Assembly: GCA_902800045.1 (NCBI GenBank)
Contig: CADCCZ010000007.1
Coordinates: 22,237 to 86,236, forward strand
Source of the DNA: an uncultured Bacteroidia bacterium
Lineage (GTDB): Bacteria > Bacteroidota > Bacteroidia > Bacteroidales > ML635J-15
Length of the DNA: 64,000 nt
Reading direction: 5' to 3'
Position numbers and translations under genes: made by a program. Below are positions 25,146 through 33,582 of the stretch, piece by piece (the stretch's first letter is position 1; the number at the start of each line of letters is the position of its first letter). The notes beneath the pieces are model-generated. The model did not search any database and was not told the origin of the DNA. It was given only the letters and a program-made list of their open reading frames with translations.

Positions 25146-26048
25146 ATGAAAAGATTTTGTTTATTCATACTCATAGTATTATCAAGCGCATACTCATTTG
25201 CTCAGTATACATCCATGGCAATTGAAAGCGATAGACACGAACGCTTCTGGATTTACATAAATGGCAAGCAACAAAATCATAATCCCGAGTCTTCGATACA
25301 AATTAACGGACTTTATCCCGATTTTGATTACAACATTCGTATAGTAATGGACAACCGCCGACATTCGGAAATGTCAACAGTAATGCGTCTGCATCATGGT
25401 CAAAACAACTATTTGCTCAGCAGCGACTCAAGAAGCGGCCGCATAAGATTTAATGCAACCAACCGACCTATACATGCCTACGCAACATACGATGCAAACC
25501 AGCAACAGCATGGTCACTACAGCAACAATCAGCAGTACCCGCCACAGCATCAACATGGAAATCAGCACAATTACAACAATCAGCAGTATCCACCGCAACA
25601 TCAGCATGGAGACCAACACAATCACAACCACCAGCAATATCCGCCACAGAGTAATCCACATCAGCACGGACATAACAACAACCAATATCCTCCTCAACAG
25701 CCACCGACGCAGGTAATAATTGTTGAACATACCACAGAACCAGCTCCCGAACCAGTGGTAATGCCTTGCTCCGATGCCGATTTCGAAGATGCAAAAATTA
25801 CAATAAAGAATGCAACTTTCGAGGAAACAAAACTTACAATAGCAAAGCAGATTGTTGCTTCGGAACTGATGACGGCAAGGCAACTTGCCGAAATAGCAAG
25901 TCTTTTCGACTTTGAACACACCAAACTGGAATTCCTCAAATACGCTTACCAATTCTGCTACGACCAGAACAAATACTATATAGTAAATAACGTGTTCGAT
26001 TTCTCATCGTCGGTTGACGAACTGAACGAATACATAAGCAGATATTAG
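25146..26048 (+). CDS. Secreted DUF4476-domain protein with a His/Gln/Asn/Pro-rich repeat linker
   Basis: 300 aa with signal peptide MKRFCLFILIVLSSAYSFAQ. The C-terminus CSDADFEDAKITIKN..FEETKLTIAKQ..FDFEHTKLEFLKYAY resembles DUF4476. Confidence 0.6.
   Translation: MKRFCLFILIVLSSAYSFAQYTSMAIESDRHERFWIYINGKQQNHNPESSIQINGLYPDFDYNIRIVMDNRRHSEMSTVMRLHHGQNNYLLSSDSRSGRIRFNATNRPIHAYATYDANQQQHGHYSNNQQYPPQHQHGNQHNYNNQQYPPQHQHGDQHNHNHQQYPPQSNPHQHGHNNNQYPPQQPPTQVIIVEHTTEPAPEPVVMPCSDADFEDAKITIKNATFEETKLTIAKQIVASELMTARQLAEIASLFDFEHTKLEFLKYAYQFCYDQNKYYIVNNVFDFSSSVDELNEYISRY
25530..25706 (+). repeat. In-frame tandem repeat: three 51-nt units plus a partial fourth
   Basis: Units begin at 25530, 25581 and 25632. 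They encode QQYPPQHQHGNQHNYNN, QQYPPQHQHGDQHNHNH and QQYPPQSNPHQHGHNNN, followed by QYPPQQPP. Confidence 0.85.
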
Positions 26049-26092
26049 GGCTGACGCCCGTTTGAATGGCTAACGCCGCTTCAAAGTTTCTG

Positions 26093-26113
26093 GGTTTAAG
26101 GTTCAAGGGTTCG
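26093..26113. repeat. Three tandem heptamers: GGTTTAA GGTTCAA GGGTTCG
   Basis: Read directly in the intergenic region next to the asnB stop. Confidence 0.5.
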
Positions 26114-26117
26114 GCGT

Positions 26118-27971
26118 TTAACATTTCTCGTTTTGGACCATGAACTTATGAAGTACTATAAGTGCCCATATCCTATTGTAAAGGAAGCCGTGTCCAGCGC
26201 GGAATTTCTTGATAAGTCGCTGTACTTCCGAAAAGTTCACAAGATTGTATCTCGATATTATATCTTTGTTCAGATAGTCGTCGATAAGATACGACAAATC
26301 GGACTGCAGCCAGCGTTCTAGTGGAATTGAGAAGCCGCTCTTTTTCCTGTCGAAGAATTCCTTCGGGACATAATCGTAAAGTATATCTTTCAGGATAAAT
26401 TTCTGCACTCCGTTGGAAATCTTGAATCTAGGATTGATATTCAGAGCCAGTTCAACCAACCTATGGTCGAGAAGCGGCACACGAACCTCGAGAGAATACT
26501 TCATTGAAGCGCGGTCAACTTTTACAAGCAGGTCGTCTTTCAAGTAATACCTTATATCGAATATTGCCTGTGCCTCCTCGGGTGTAAGTTTGCGCACATA
26601 GTTTGAATAGTCCTGCTCGACACCTGTATCGACATATATGTTGCCATTAAGAATCCTTGCAAGCTCCAATTCGCTGAAAAGATACTGTTCCTGCGAGAAA
26701 ATATGGCTCTTTAGATGCTCCTTGTTCTTGTACTTGAATATGTAGGATGCTCGCTTGTATCTATCTGAAGGCGAGATGCTTAACAAATCACCTATCATCT
26801 GTTTTATAGGTTCGAGGTTGTGCATACGTTTTGCCCAGATGTATGCCCCATAGCCATGGAAAAGTTCGTCGCCACCATCGCCCGAAAGAGCCATAGAGAC
26901 ATCTCTCTTTGCAAGCCTCGACACCATCATTGTCGGTATTGCCGACGAATCGGCAAACGGTTCATCGTAGAATTCGAGCATGTCGCCTACCAGTTCCTTG
27001 GCATCATTTTCGGTAACTATGTATTTATGATGCTCGGTGCCAAGATATTCGGCTACCTTTTGTGCATATTCCGACTCGTCGTGATCGCGGTCGGCAAAAC
27101 CTATCGAGAATGTATTGAGCTTTCCGTTGCAAACTTTCGATGCCACAGCAGTCACAAGGCTCGAGTCGATACCGCCGCTAAGAAATGTGCCATAGGGTAC
27201 GTCGCTCATAAGCTGCATCTTGACCGATGATTCCAGGGTTTCTTTTATGCGCAACTTTGCCTCATCGTAATCGTTTATTATGTTTCGGCGGATTATTCCT
27301 TCGATGTCCCAGTAGGTTTCGGTACGGAATCCTTTTTCGGAAATAATGCCGATTTCGCCGCTTGGGAATTTCTTTATGCCCGAATAGATGGTATCGGGTT
27401 CAGGAATAAAGCCTAAGTTGAGGAATTCGCTGATTGCTATGTTGTTAAGCTGGCGATTGTCGCTTATTTTCCTTATCTTGAGCAAAGATTTTATTTCGGA
27501 CGAAAAGGCAAAATTTTCGCCGTCCCAATAGTAGAACAGCGGCTTTATTCCAAGTCGGTCGCGGAAAAGATACATCACACGCTCCTGCTTGTCGTATATG
27601 CAGATTGAGAATATTCCGTTGAGCTTGTTGATGAAAGTTATGCCCCACTCGGCGAAAGCCTCAACCACCACCTCGGTATCGCAACTGGTCTTAAGTTCGA
27701 TGTTTAGTTCGGCGGCAATATCCATGAAATTGTATATTTCGCCGTTGAATACGCAAATGTACCTCATCGAATGCGATTCCATAGGCTGGTTGGCATCCGA
27801 CGACAGGTCGAGTATGCTCAGGCGACGATGACCGAGACCGACATAATCGTTGTAGTAATGACCTTGAGCGTCGGGACCACGATGTCCAATGCAATCGGTC
27901 ATTGCCTTCAGTTCGTCCTGCGAGACAAATTCATTGTGCCTTATCGAGTAGAATCCAGTTATTCCGCACAT
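26118..27971 (-). CDS. asnB: Asparagine synthase (glutamine-hydrolysing)
   Basis: The Ntn nucleophile start MCGITG and the PP-loop SGGIDSS are present. The -7 box lies inside the longer ORF (27989), so ATG 27971 is preferred. Confidence 0.9.
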   Translation of the reverse strand: MCGITGFYSIRHNEFVSQDELKAMTDCIGHRGPDAQGHYYNDYVGLGHRRLSILDLSSDANQPMESHSMRYICVFNGEIYNFMDIAAELNIELKTSCDTEVVVEAFAEWGITFINKLNGIFSICIYDKQERVMYLFRDRLGIKPLFYYWDGENFAFSSEIKSLLKIRKISDNRQLNNIAISEFLNLGFIPEPDTIYSGIKKFPSGEIGIISEKGFRTETYWDIEGIIRRNIINDYDEAKLRIKETLESSVKMQLMSDVPYGTFLSGGIDSSLVTAVASKVCNGKLNTFSIGFADRDHDESEYAQKVAEYLGTEHHKYIVTENDAKELVGDMLEFYDEPFADSSAIPTMMVSRLAKRDVSMALSGDGGDELFHGYGAYIWAKRMHNLEPIKQMIGDLLSISPSDRYKRASYIFKYKNKEHLKSHIFSQEQYLFSELELARILNGNIYVDTGVEQDYSNYVRKLTPEEAQAIFDIRYYLKDDLLVKVDRASMKYSLEVRVPLLDHRLVELALNINPRFKISNGVQKFILKDILYDYVPKEFFDRKKSGFSIPLERWLQSDLSYLIDDYLNKDIISRYNLVNFSEVQRLIKKFRAGHGFLYNRIWALIVLHKFMVQNEKC

Positions 27972-27986
27972 GGCAAAAAATTTGCG

Positions 27987-27994
27987 CAAAAATA
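27987..27994 (-). promoter_or_regulatory. -7 box (TAttTTTG on minus strand) for asnB
   Basis: Plus-strand caaaaata lies 15 nt upstream of ATG 27971. Confidence 0.45.
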
Positions 27995-28022
27995 TTACTT
28001 ATTAGCCAAACGAAAAAATGAT

Positions 28023-29402
28023 TTATATCATCTTACGCGGATCTACAGCTATATCGAACTCTTCTGCCGATATAAAGCCTGTTTTTATTGCTGCTTCGCG
28101 AAGCGAAATATTCTCCTTATGGGCAGTTTTTGCTATTATGGCAGCCTTCTCGTAACCTATCCTTTCGTTCAGTGCAGTTACAAGCATCAGCGACATTTCC
28201 ATATATTTGGCAACTTTTTCCTCGTTTATGCGTATTCCCGATACGCAGTTGTCGGTAAACGATATGCAAGCCTCGGCAAGCAGATTGGCCGATTCGAGGA
28301 AATTCTTTATTATCATCGGCTTGTAAACGTTCAATTCGAAATGTCCGTTCATTCCGCCAATAGTTATTGCAGTATCATTGCCGATAACCTGTGCACAAAC
28401 CATTGTCATTGCTTCAATCTGTGTAGGATTTACCTTGCCCGGCATGATTGACGAACCAGGTTCGTTTTCGGGAATAAGGATTTCGGCAAAACCGCAACGC
28501 GGACCGCTTGCCATATAGCGCAAATCGCCAGCGATTTTTGCAAGGCTTACAGCCAACTGCTTAAGTGCGGCATGCGTCTCGACTATTGCATCGTGCGAAG
28601 CAAGCGACTCAAATTTATTGGGAGCAGGAACAAACTGCAATCCCGTTTCAGCCGAAATTTGCTTGCACACAGCCGAATCGAAACCTTTGGGAGCATTTAG
28701 CCCTGTGCCGACGGCAGTACCGCCAATTGCAAGTTCCGACAAATGCAAAAGGCTGTGTTTCAAAACCTTCAGTCCATGGTCGAGTTGCGATACATAACCC
28801 GAAAACTCCTGACCGAAACTTATTGGTGTGGCGTCCATAAAATGTGTACGACCGGTCTTGATGGTGTAGTAGAATTCGTGAGCCTTGGCATCGAGGCAAT
28901 TGCGAAGCTTTTCGATAGCTGGAATTGTCTTTTTCTGCATAGCTGTCAGAGCTGCTATGTGCATTGCTGTCGGGAAAGTGTCGTTGGACGACTGGCTTTT
29001 GTTTACGTCGTCGTTGGGATGCATAATCTTCTTGGCATCGGTAAGATTTCCGCCCGAGATGACATGGGCGCGGTTGGCGATAACCTCGTTTACATTCATA
29101 TTGGTCTGCGTTCCCGAACCTGTCTGCCACACTACCAACGGGAACTGGTCATCTAGCTCGCCTTTCGAAATTTCGTCGCACACCTGCGCTATTAGGTTAG
29201 CTTTTTCTGACGAAAGTTTGCCAAGCTGCTCGTTTGCACGTGCTGTAGATTTTTTCAATATGGCAAAAGCACGGATGATCTCTATCGGCATTCGTCCACC
29301 AATCTTGAAATTCTGAAACGAGCGCTGAGTCTGTGCGCCCCAGTACTTTTCGGCAGGAACCTTAACGATTCCCATGGTATCTTTTTCTTCGCGATATTCC
29401 AT
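28023..29402 (-). CDS. fumC: Class II fumarate hydratase
   Basis: 459 aa with the lyase signature [13 protein letters not shown] and the FumC-type [21 protein letters not shown]. Confidence 0.9.
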   Translation of the reverse strand: MEYREEKDTMGIVKVPAEKYWGAQTQRSFQNFKIGGRMPIEIIRAFAILKKSTARANEQLGKLSSEKANLIAQVCDEISKGELDDQFPLVVWQTGSGTQTNMNVNEVIANRAHVISGGNLTDAKKIMHPNDDVNKSQSSNDTFPTAMHIAALTAMQKKTIPAIEKLRNCLDAKAHEFYYTIKTGRTHFMDATPISFGQEFSGYVSQLDHGLKVLKHSLLHLSELAIGGTAVGTGLNAPKGFDSAVCKQISAETGLQFVPAPNKFESLASHDAIVETHAALKQLAVSLAKIAGDLRYMASGPRCGFAEILIPENEPGSSIMPGKVNPTQIEAMTMVCAQVIGNDTAITIGGMNGHFELNVYKPMIIKNFLESANLLAEACISFTDNCVSGIRINEEKVAKYMEMSLMLVTALNERIGYEKAAIIAKTAHKENISLREAAIKTGFISAEEFDIAVDPRKMI

Positions 29403-29455
29403 TGTTACAACAAATTTTTAACGATTGCGAAAATAAAATAAAAAGAGCATAGCTC

Positions 29456-30352
29456 CTACAAAAACTTTTCAATTTCTGCAGCCAGCACCGCAGGCTTCTC
29501 AAGATGAATCCTGTGCGTGCAGTCGGCGATTTCCACTATTTGGCTGTTTGGAAAGATATATTTTGCTGCCTTGTAGTCGGCAGAAGGAAGAAATTCGGAA
29601 TCTAACGCCCTGATAAACAAGGTAGGTACTTCTATCTTTTTATCAATAAAATCGTCGACATCGAAACCGCCGGTCAGTTTATCGAAATTGTTGAAAATAG
29701 CATCGATGTCGAGGTGCCACGAGAAAGTCTTGCCGTCGAAATTTATGTTTCCTATAATAGCACGTTTCGTATCGTCGTCGAAAGTGGAGATTCCGTTGGC
29801 AAAATCGGCAAGCGAATGAAAATCGGCAAGCGGAAGATTTTTCAATGCCATAACCTGATTCAACAGACTGGTTACTAGTGAATTGTACTCAACAAGCGAA
29901 CTCCCGCGGCAGGGCGATATATCAACTACAACCAGTTTTTCGAGCATCTGCGGATATCTTAGTGCAAAGTTCATTGCTGTCTTTCCGCCCAGCGAATGTC
30001 CCACAAGGTTGAATTTTTCGATTCCGTTTTCGTCGGCATATTGCTTTATATCATCTGCCATTTCTTCGAACGACATTGATGGATAACGCTTTGCATCGCG
30101 GTGGTTGCGGAGGGAAAGGAGATGAACATCGAACCTGTCGGATAGCTGGTCGGCGATGGGTTTCCAGGAAAGGGTGCAGTCGAAGAGACCGTGGAGGAGG
30201 AAAATAGGAGGACGGGCTGACAGGCTAACAGTCGAACAGGCTGACAGTCGGACAGACGAACAGTCGCTCTGCTGCTCAGTCGTATTGCCGTGCTGTCCTT
30301 CTTCTGCTTGCTGGTTAGCCTTTGAGATATGATATGAATTTTTGGATTGCAT
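29456..30352 (-). CDS. Alpha/beta-fold hydrolase with an atypical repeat-derived N-terminal extension
   Basis: The fold starts at PPIFLLHG and the nucleophile elbow is GHSLGG. The only in-frame starts are ATG 30352 and TTG 30367, and both overlap the 3' end of the four-helix-bundle gene. The start is uncertain. Confidence 0.7.
   Translation of the reverse strand: MQSKNSYHISKANQQAEEGQHGNTTEQQSDCSSVRLSACSTVSLSARPPIFLLHGLFDCTLSWKPIADQLSDRFDVHLLSLRNHRDAKRYPSMSFEEMADDIKQYADENGIEKFNLVGHSLGGKTAMNFALRYPQMLEKLVVVDISPCRGSSLVEYNSLVTSLLNQVMALKNLPLADFHSLADFANGISTFDDDTKRAIIGNINFDGKTFSWHLDIDAIFNNFDKLTGGFDVDDFIDKKIEVPTLFIRALDSEFLPSADYKAAKYIFPNSQIVEIADCTHRIHLEKPAVLAAEIEKFL
30218..30265. repeat. Six tandem octamers: TGACAGGC TAACAGTC GAACAGGC TGACAGTC GGACAGAC GAACAGTC
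   Basis: Read directly. They lie inside the 5' extension of the hydrolase ORF. Confidence 0.8.
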
Positions 30353-30659
30353 GAATTTGATTCTCAATTAGTTCTCGTAGTTTATCGGCTTCTTCTGTAT
30401 TACAGATTCCCAAATCTTCACATAAATAAAGCATACTTTTAACCTCTGCACAACTGCCTTTTGCTATTACAAGATAACGAATAAATATTTTGTCTGAACC
30501 ACTTTCTTTTCCTTCCGCGATATTATTCATTATTGATACAGCAGCCCTTTGAATCTGGTCCCTGAAACCAAAATCTTTGTGATTCTCCATCATCCTATAT
30601 ATTTGATTCACAATAACCCTGGAATTAGTCCATATTTTCAGGTCTTCAAAGTTGCTCAT
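30315..30659 (-). CDS. Four-helix-bundle protein (23S rRNA intervening-sequence protein / Avd family)
   Basis: 114 aa. The motif run FEDLKIW..S..IV..IY..M....DFGFRDQIQRAAVSI.NNIAEG....S...F.RYL.IAKGSCAEV...L is characteristic of the family. Confidence 0.8.
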   Translation of the reverse strand: MSNFEDLKIWTNSRVIVNQIYRMMENHKDFGFRDQIQRAAVSIMNNIAEGKESGSDKIFIRYLVIAKGSCAEVKSMLYLCEDLGICNTEEADKLRELIENQIHAIQKFISYLKG

Positions 30660-30708
30660 ATTTTTTATTATGGTTTAATACAACAGATTAATAGGCTTGA
30701 AGACAATT

Positions 30709-30743
30709 GGCTGTTAGCCTGTTTGCCTGCAAGCCTGTTAGCC
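30709..30743. repeat. Octamer array GGCTGTTA GCCTGTTT GCCTGCAA GCCTGTTA GCC; inverted relative to 30218-30265
   Basis: Its reverse complement gives TAACAGGC-type units. CTGTTAGCCTG (30711-30721) is the exact complement of CAGGCTAACAG (30221-30231). Confidence 0.8.
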
Positions 30744-30769
30744 TTTTCTTCTTTTAGCCCAATTAGACA

Positions 30770-31789
30770 TTAGTACGCTGCCACGAACTGCTCCAAGAAC
30801 CTGATATCGTTCTCGAAGAACAGTCTTAAGTCCTTGACACCGAAGCGCAACATGGCGATACGCTCGATGCCCATGCCGAATGCGAAGCCTGAATAAACCT
30901 TCGGGTCGATGCCGGCAGCCTTGAAGACATTGGGGTGAACCATACCGCAGCCGAGAATCTCGAGCCAGCCGCTACCCTTGCACACATTGCAGCCCTTGCC
31001 TCCGCAGAGCGAACAACTTACATCGACTTCGGCCGACGGCTCGGTAAACGGGAAATACGACGGACGCATACGAATCTGCGACTTCTCGCCGAAGAATTCC
31101 TTTGCAAAATAGTCGAGTGTCTGCTTGAGGTCGGCGAAGGAAACGTTCTTGTCAACGTAGAGACCTTCAATCTGGTGGAACTGGCAGTGAGCGCGTGCCG
31201 AGATAGCCTCGTTGCGGAAAACTCTTCCCGGTGAAAGGCTGCGGATTGGCGGAGTCATTGTTTCCATTTCGCGCGACTGTCCCGACGAAGTGTGGGTGCG
31301 GAGCAGCACATTCATATCCGACGAGATGAAGAAAGTGTCCTGCATATCGCGTGCCGGATGGTCGGGCGGGAAGTTCATCTTCTCGAAGCAGTGGGCATCG
31401 TCCTCGATTTCCTGACTTTCGTTAACGCTGAAGCCTATTTTTGTGAAAATGTTCACTATTTCGTTTCTTACGATTGACAGCGGATGGCGTGCGCCGAGGT
31501 TCAACGGGTCGCCGGGACGGCTGAGGTCGAGTTCCACCTTGCCGTCGTTGCTTACCTGCAACGAAGCCTTCAGTTCTTCCAACTTGGCGAGAGCCGTCTG
31601 CTTAAGCTCGTTTATGCGCTGGCCGACCTCCTTTTTCTGTTCGGCGGGAACATTCCTGAAATCGTCGAACAATGCGGGTATCAAGCCCTTCTTCGACAAG
31701 TATTTAATTCTGAAATCTTCAACTTCTTCAATTGCCTTAGGTGCGAAATTTGCAACCTCTTCGCTTATTTTTCTAATACGGTCTAACAT
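30770..31789 (-). CDS. pheS: Phenylalanine--tRNA ligase alpha subunit
   Basis: 339 aa with class II aaRS motifs FPPDHPARDMQDTF, GRVFRNE and GFAFGMGIERIAML. Confidence 0.95.
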   Translation of the reverse strand: MLDRIRKISEEVANFAPKAIEEVEDFRIKYLSKKGLIPALFDDFRNVPAEQKKEVGQRINELKQTALAKLEELKASLQVSNDGKVELDLSRPGDPLNLGARHPLSIVRNEIVNIFTKIGFSVNESQEIEDDAHCFEKMNFPPDHPARDMQDTFFISSDMNVLLRTHTSSGQSREMETMTPPIRSLSPGRVFRNEAISARAHCQFHQIEGLYVDKNVSFADLKQTLDYFAKEFFGEKSQIRMRPSYFPFTEPSAEVDVSCSLCGGKGCNVCKGSGWLEILGCGMVHPNVFKAAGIDPKVYSGFAFGMGIERIAMLRFGVKDLRLFFENDIRFLEQFVAAY

Positions 31790-31805
31790 CGATGTAAAAT
31801 TTTTG

Positions 31806-31813
31806 CAAAAATA
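31806..31813 (-). promoter_or_regulatory. -7 box (TAttTTTG on minus strand) for pheS
   Basis: Plus-strand caaaaata lies 16 nt upstream of ATG 31789. Confidence 0.5.
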
Positions 31814-31916
31814 AAACTTATAGCGGATAAAGGCAAAGAAAAATCATATCATGATTTTTTTCACCTATTTATTCGAGTTCACAAAATGTGTAATGAAAAT
31901 ACCTTCGGAAAAATTT

Positions 31917-33200
31917 CTACTTCTTCGAAGTCATTATGTCCAGTACATAATGGTCGGTTTCGTTCATGCCGGAAGTACCGATGAGGGTAAGGTTGCGGAT
32001 GCAGTCGTCAACATCGTTGTCGATAATTCCCTCTACGCACGAAACACAATGGTTTTCCATAGCCAGCATCGACGAAAAAGCAGCCGACGAAATTCCTGTG
32101 GCAATCTTCAGCGAACAGCTCGGCTTGGCACCATCGCAAATCATTCCGGTAATGTTGGCAATCATATTCTTTACAGAATAGCAAATCTGCTCGTAGGTTC
32201 CACCCATCAGGTAGGTTATGCCGCAGCTCGAACCAGTAGAAGCAACCACACAGCCGCACAAAGCTGACAGACGGCCAAGGCTCTGCTTAATGTAGATTGA
32301 TGTCAAGTTACTGAGTATCAAGGCACGGATAAGTTTTTCCTCTGGTTGTTTGGTATCGCGGGCGTAAATGCACACAGGAACTGTTGTAGCAATGCCTTGG
32401 TTTCCACTGCCGGAGTTGCTCATTACCGGACTCGGACAGCCAGCCATACGAGCATCGCAGGCAGCAGAAGTATATGAAACAATATCCTTGAAAATGCCGT
32501 TCCCGAAAAGTGCATCGTGCTGATGTCCGTGCAACATCTTACCTAAAGTGTGACCAAAATTATTATTGAACGATTCCTCTGCAATCGACATGTTCATCTT
32601 GCCAGCCTCGAGGATGAATGAAATTTCGTCAATAGGTGCGGTCGTGGCAAAATCGTAAACCTTGCGCATGCTCAACTGGCAACATTCCGAGTCCTTGCAT
32701 TCCGAAGAGTCAACTTTTTTTTCGAAAATTATCTCATCGTTGCGCGAAATGTGAATGAAATTTGTATGTCCGCAAGCAATAACAGCCTTGGCCGAATCGT
32801 TTCCAGCACAGCAAATTGCTTCGATGTAGAGTTTTTCGGTAATTCCTGTTTTGCGCTTAATGCTTATATGCTTTTCGTCAATCATACGCTTGCCATTGGC
32901 AATTGCGTCGGCGTTAACATCCTTCAGCACTTCGAGACCGTATTCCGACTTTCCAACCAAGGCACCCAGCGCAATAGAAATAGGCAGACCAATCATTCCT
33001 GTACCAGGTATTCCGACGCCCATTGCATTTTTTAGCACATTGTCGCTCAACAAAACCTCAATCTTTTCGGGAATTGTGCCAAGTGTTTCCTTAGCTTTTG
33101 CCACAGCCAATGCCACTGCTACAGGTTCGGTACAACCGATGGCCGGAACTACCTCGTTCTTAATAAGGTCGATAATCTGTTTTCTTTCTGTTGCGTCCAT
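31917..33200 (-). CDS. UPF0597 / serine-dehydratase-alpha-like family protein (YhaM-type L-cysteine desulfidase family)
   Basis: 427 aa. The N-terminus VVPAIGCTEPVAVALAVAKA and the later SGSGNQG and CDGAKPSC motifs are typical of the family. Confidence 0.8.
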   Translation of the reverse strand: MDATERKQIIDLIKNEVVPAIGCTEPVAVALAVAKAKETLGTIPEKIEVLLSDNVLKNAMGVGIPGTGMIGLPISIALGALVGKSEYGLEVLKDVNADAIANGKRMIDEKHISIKRKTGITEKLYIEAICCAGNDSAKAVIACGHTNFIHISRNDEIIFEKKVDSSECKDSECCQLSMRKVYDFATTAPIDEISFILEAGKMNMSIAEESFNNNFGHTLGKMLHGHQHDALFGNGIFKDIVSYTSAACDARMAGCPSPVMSNSGSGNQGIATTVPVCIYARDTKQPEEKLIRALILSNLTSIYIKQSLGRLSALCGCVVASTGSSCGITYLMGGTYEQICYSVKNMIANITGMICDGAKPSCSLKIATGISSAAFSSMLAMENHCVSCVEGIIDNDVDDCIRNLTLIGTSGMNETDHYVLDIMTSKK

Positions 33201-33216
33201 ACAAAAAAATTTTTTG

Positions 33217-33224
33217 CAAAAGTA
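33217..33224 (-). promoter_or_regulatory. -7 box (TActTTTG on minus strand) for the UPF0597 gene
   Basis: Plus-strand caaaagta lies 16 nt upstream of ATG 33200. Confidence 0.5.
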
Positions 33225-33296
33225 AGGTTTTTAGAAATATGAAAGAGCAGTAATCATAATGATAAAAATTTTTTTTGCCATTTCCTTTTTATTCCA

Positions 33297-33304
33297 TACA
33301 TTTG
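33297..33304 (+). promoter_or_regulatory. -7 box TAcaTTTG far upstream (~280 nt) of the next CDS
   Basis: tacatttg is seen directly. It implies a long leader or an independent small RNA. Confidence 0.35.
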
Positions 33305-33309
33305 CCGTT

Positions 33310-33517
33310 GGTTTGGTGAATAACCAAGCCGTACATATTGATTAACGAAGCGTTATGCTCGTCTTGTTAGTAGAAATGTGAGAAACTTCTATCAGGGACA
33401 AGAGAGTGTAATAATTCGCGCTATAGCGTGGATTGTTATATCTACATCTTTCCCACAGGTAATTCTCACAACCTCTACTAAAAGAAGTGGTATATCAGTG
33501 CCACGCTTCTATTTTGT
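33310..33517 (+). ncRNA. Candidate structured leader or small RNA; unclassified
   Basis: Nested stems are GTGAGAA (33378-84)/TTCTCAC (33463-69), GGGACAAGA (33395-403)/TCTTTCCC (33447-54) and CGCGC-tata-GCGTG (33417-30). A terminator-like hairpin (33484-33509) is followed by TATTTTGT. No known RNA family recognised. Confidence 0.25.
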
Positions 33518-33582
33518 AAAATTGTCCATTTGGTACTGGTGGGCGAAAGAGGTTGCGCCCGACACGGATTAGGGATACAAAA

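Noticed and set aside
30218-30743. CRISPR-like array, or a DGR (because the four-helix-bundle protein is Avd-like)
   Set aside because: The repeat units are only 8 nt long, have no spacers, and sit in two inverted blocks. No cas genes, reverse transcriptase or template/variable repeat pair are visible anywhere in the window.
33378-33572. 64-aa GTG-start ORF inside the candidate leader RNA
   Set aside because: It has no ATG and no ribosome-binding or promoter context. Its product is hydrophobic nonsense-like, and it overlaps the predicted RNA stems and the start of the next gene.
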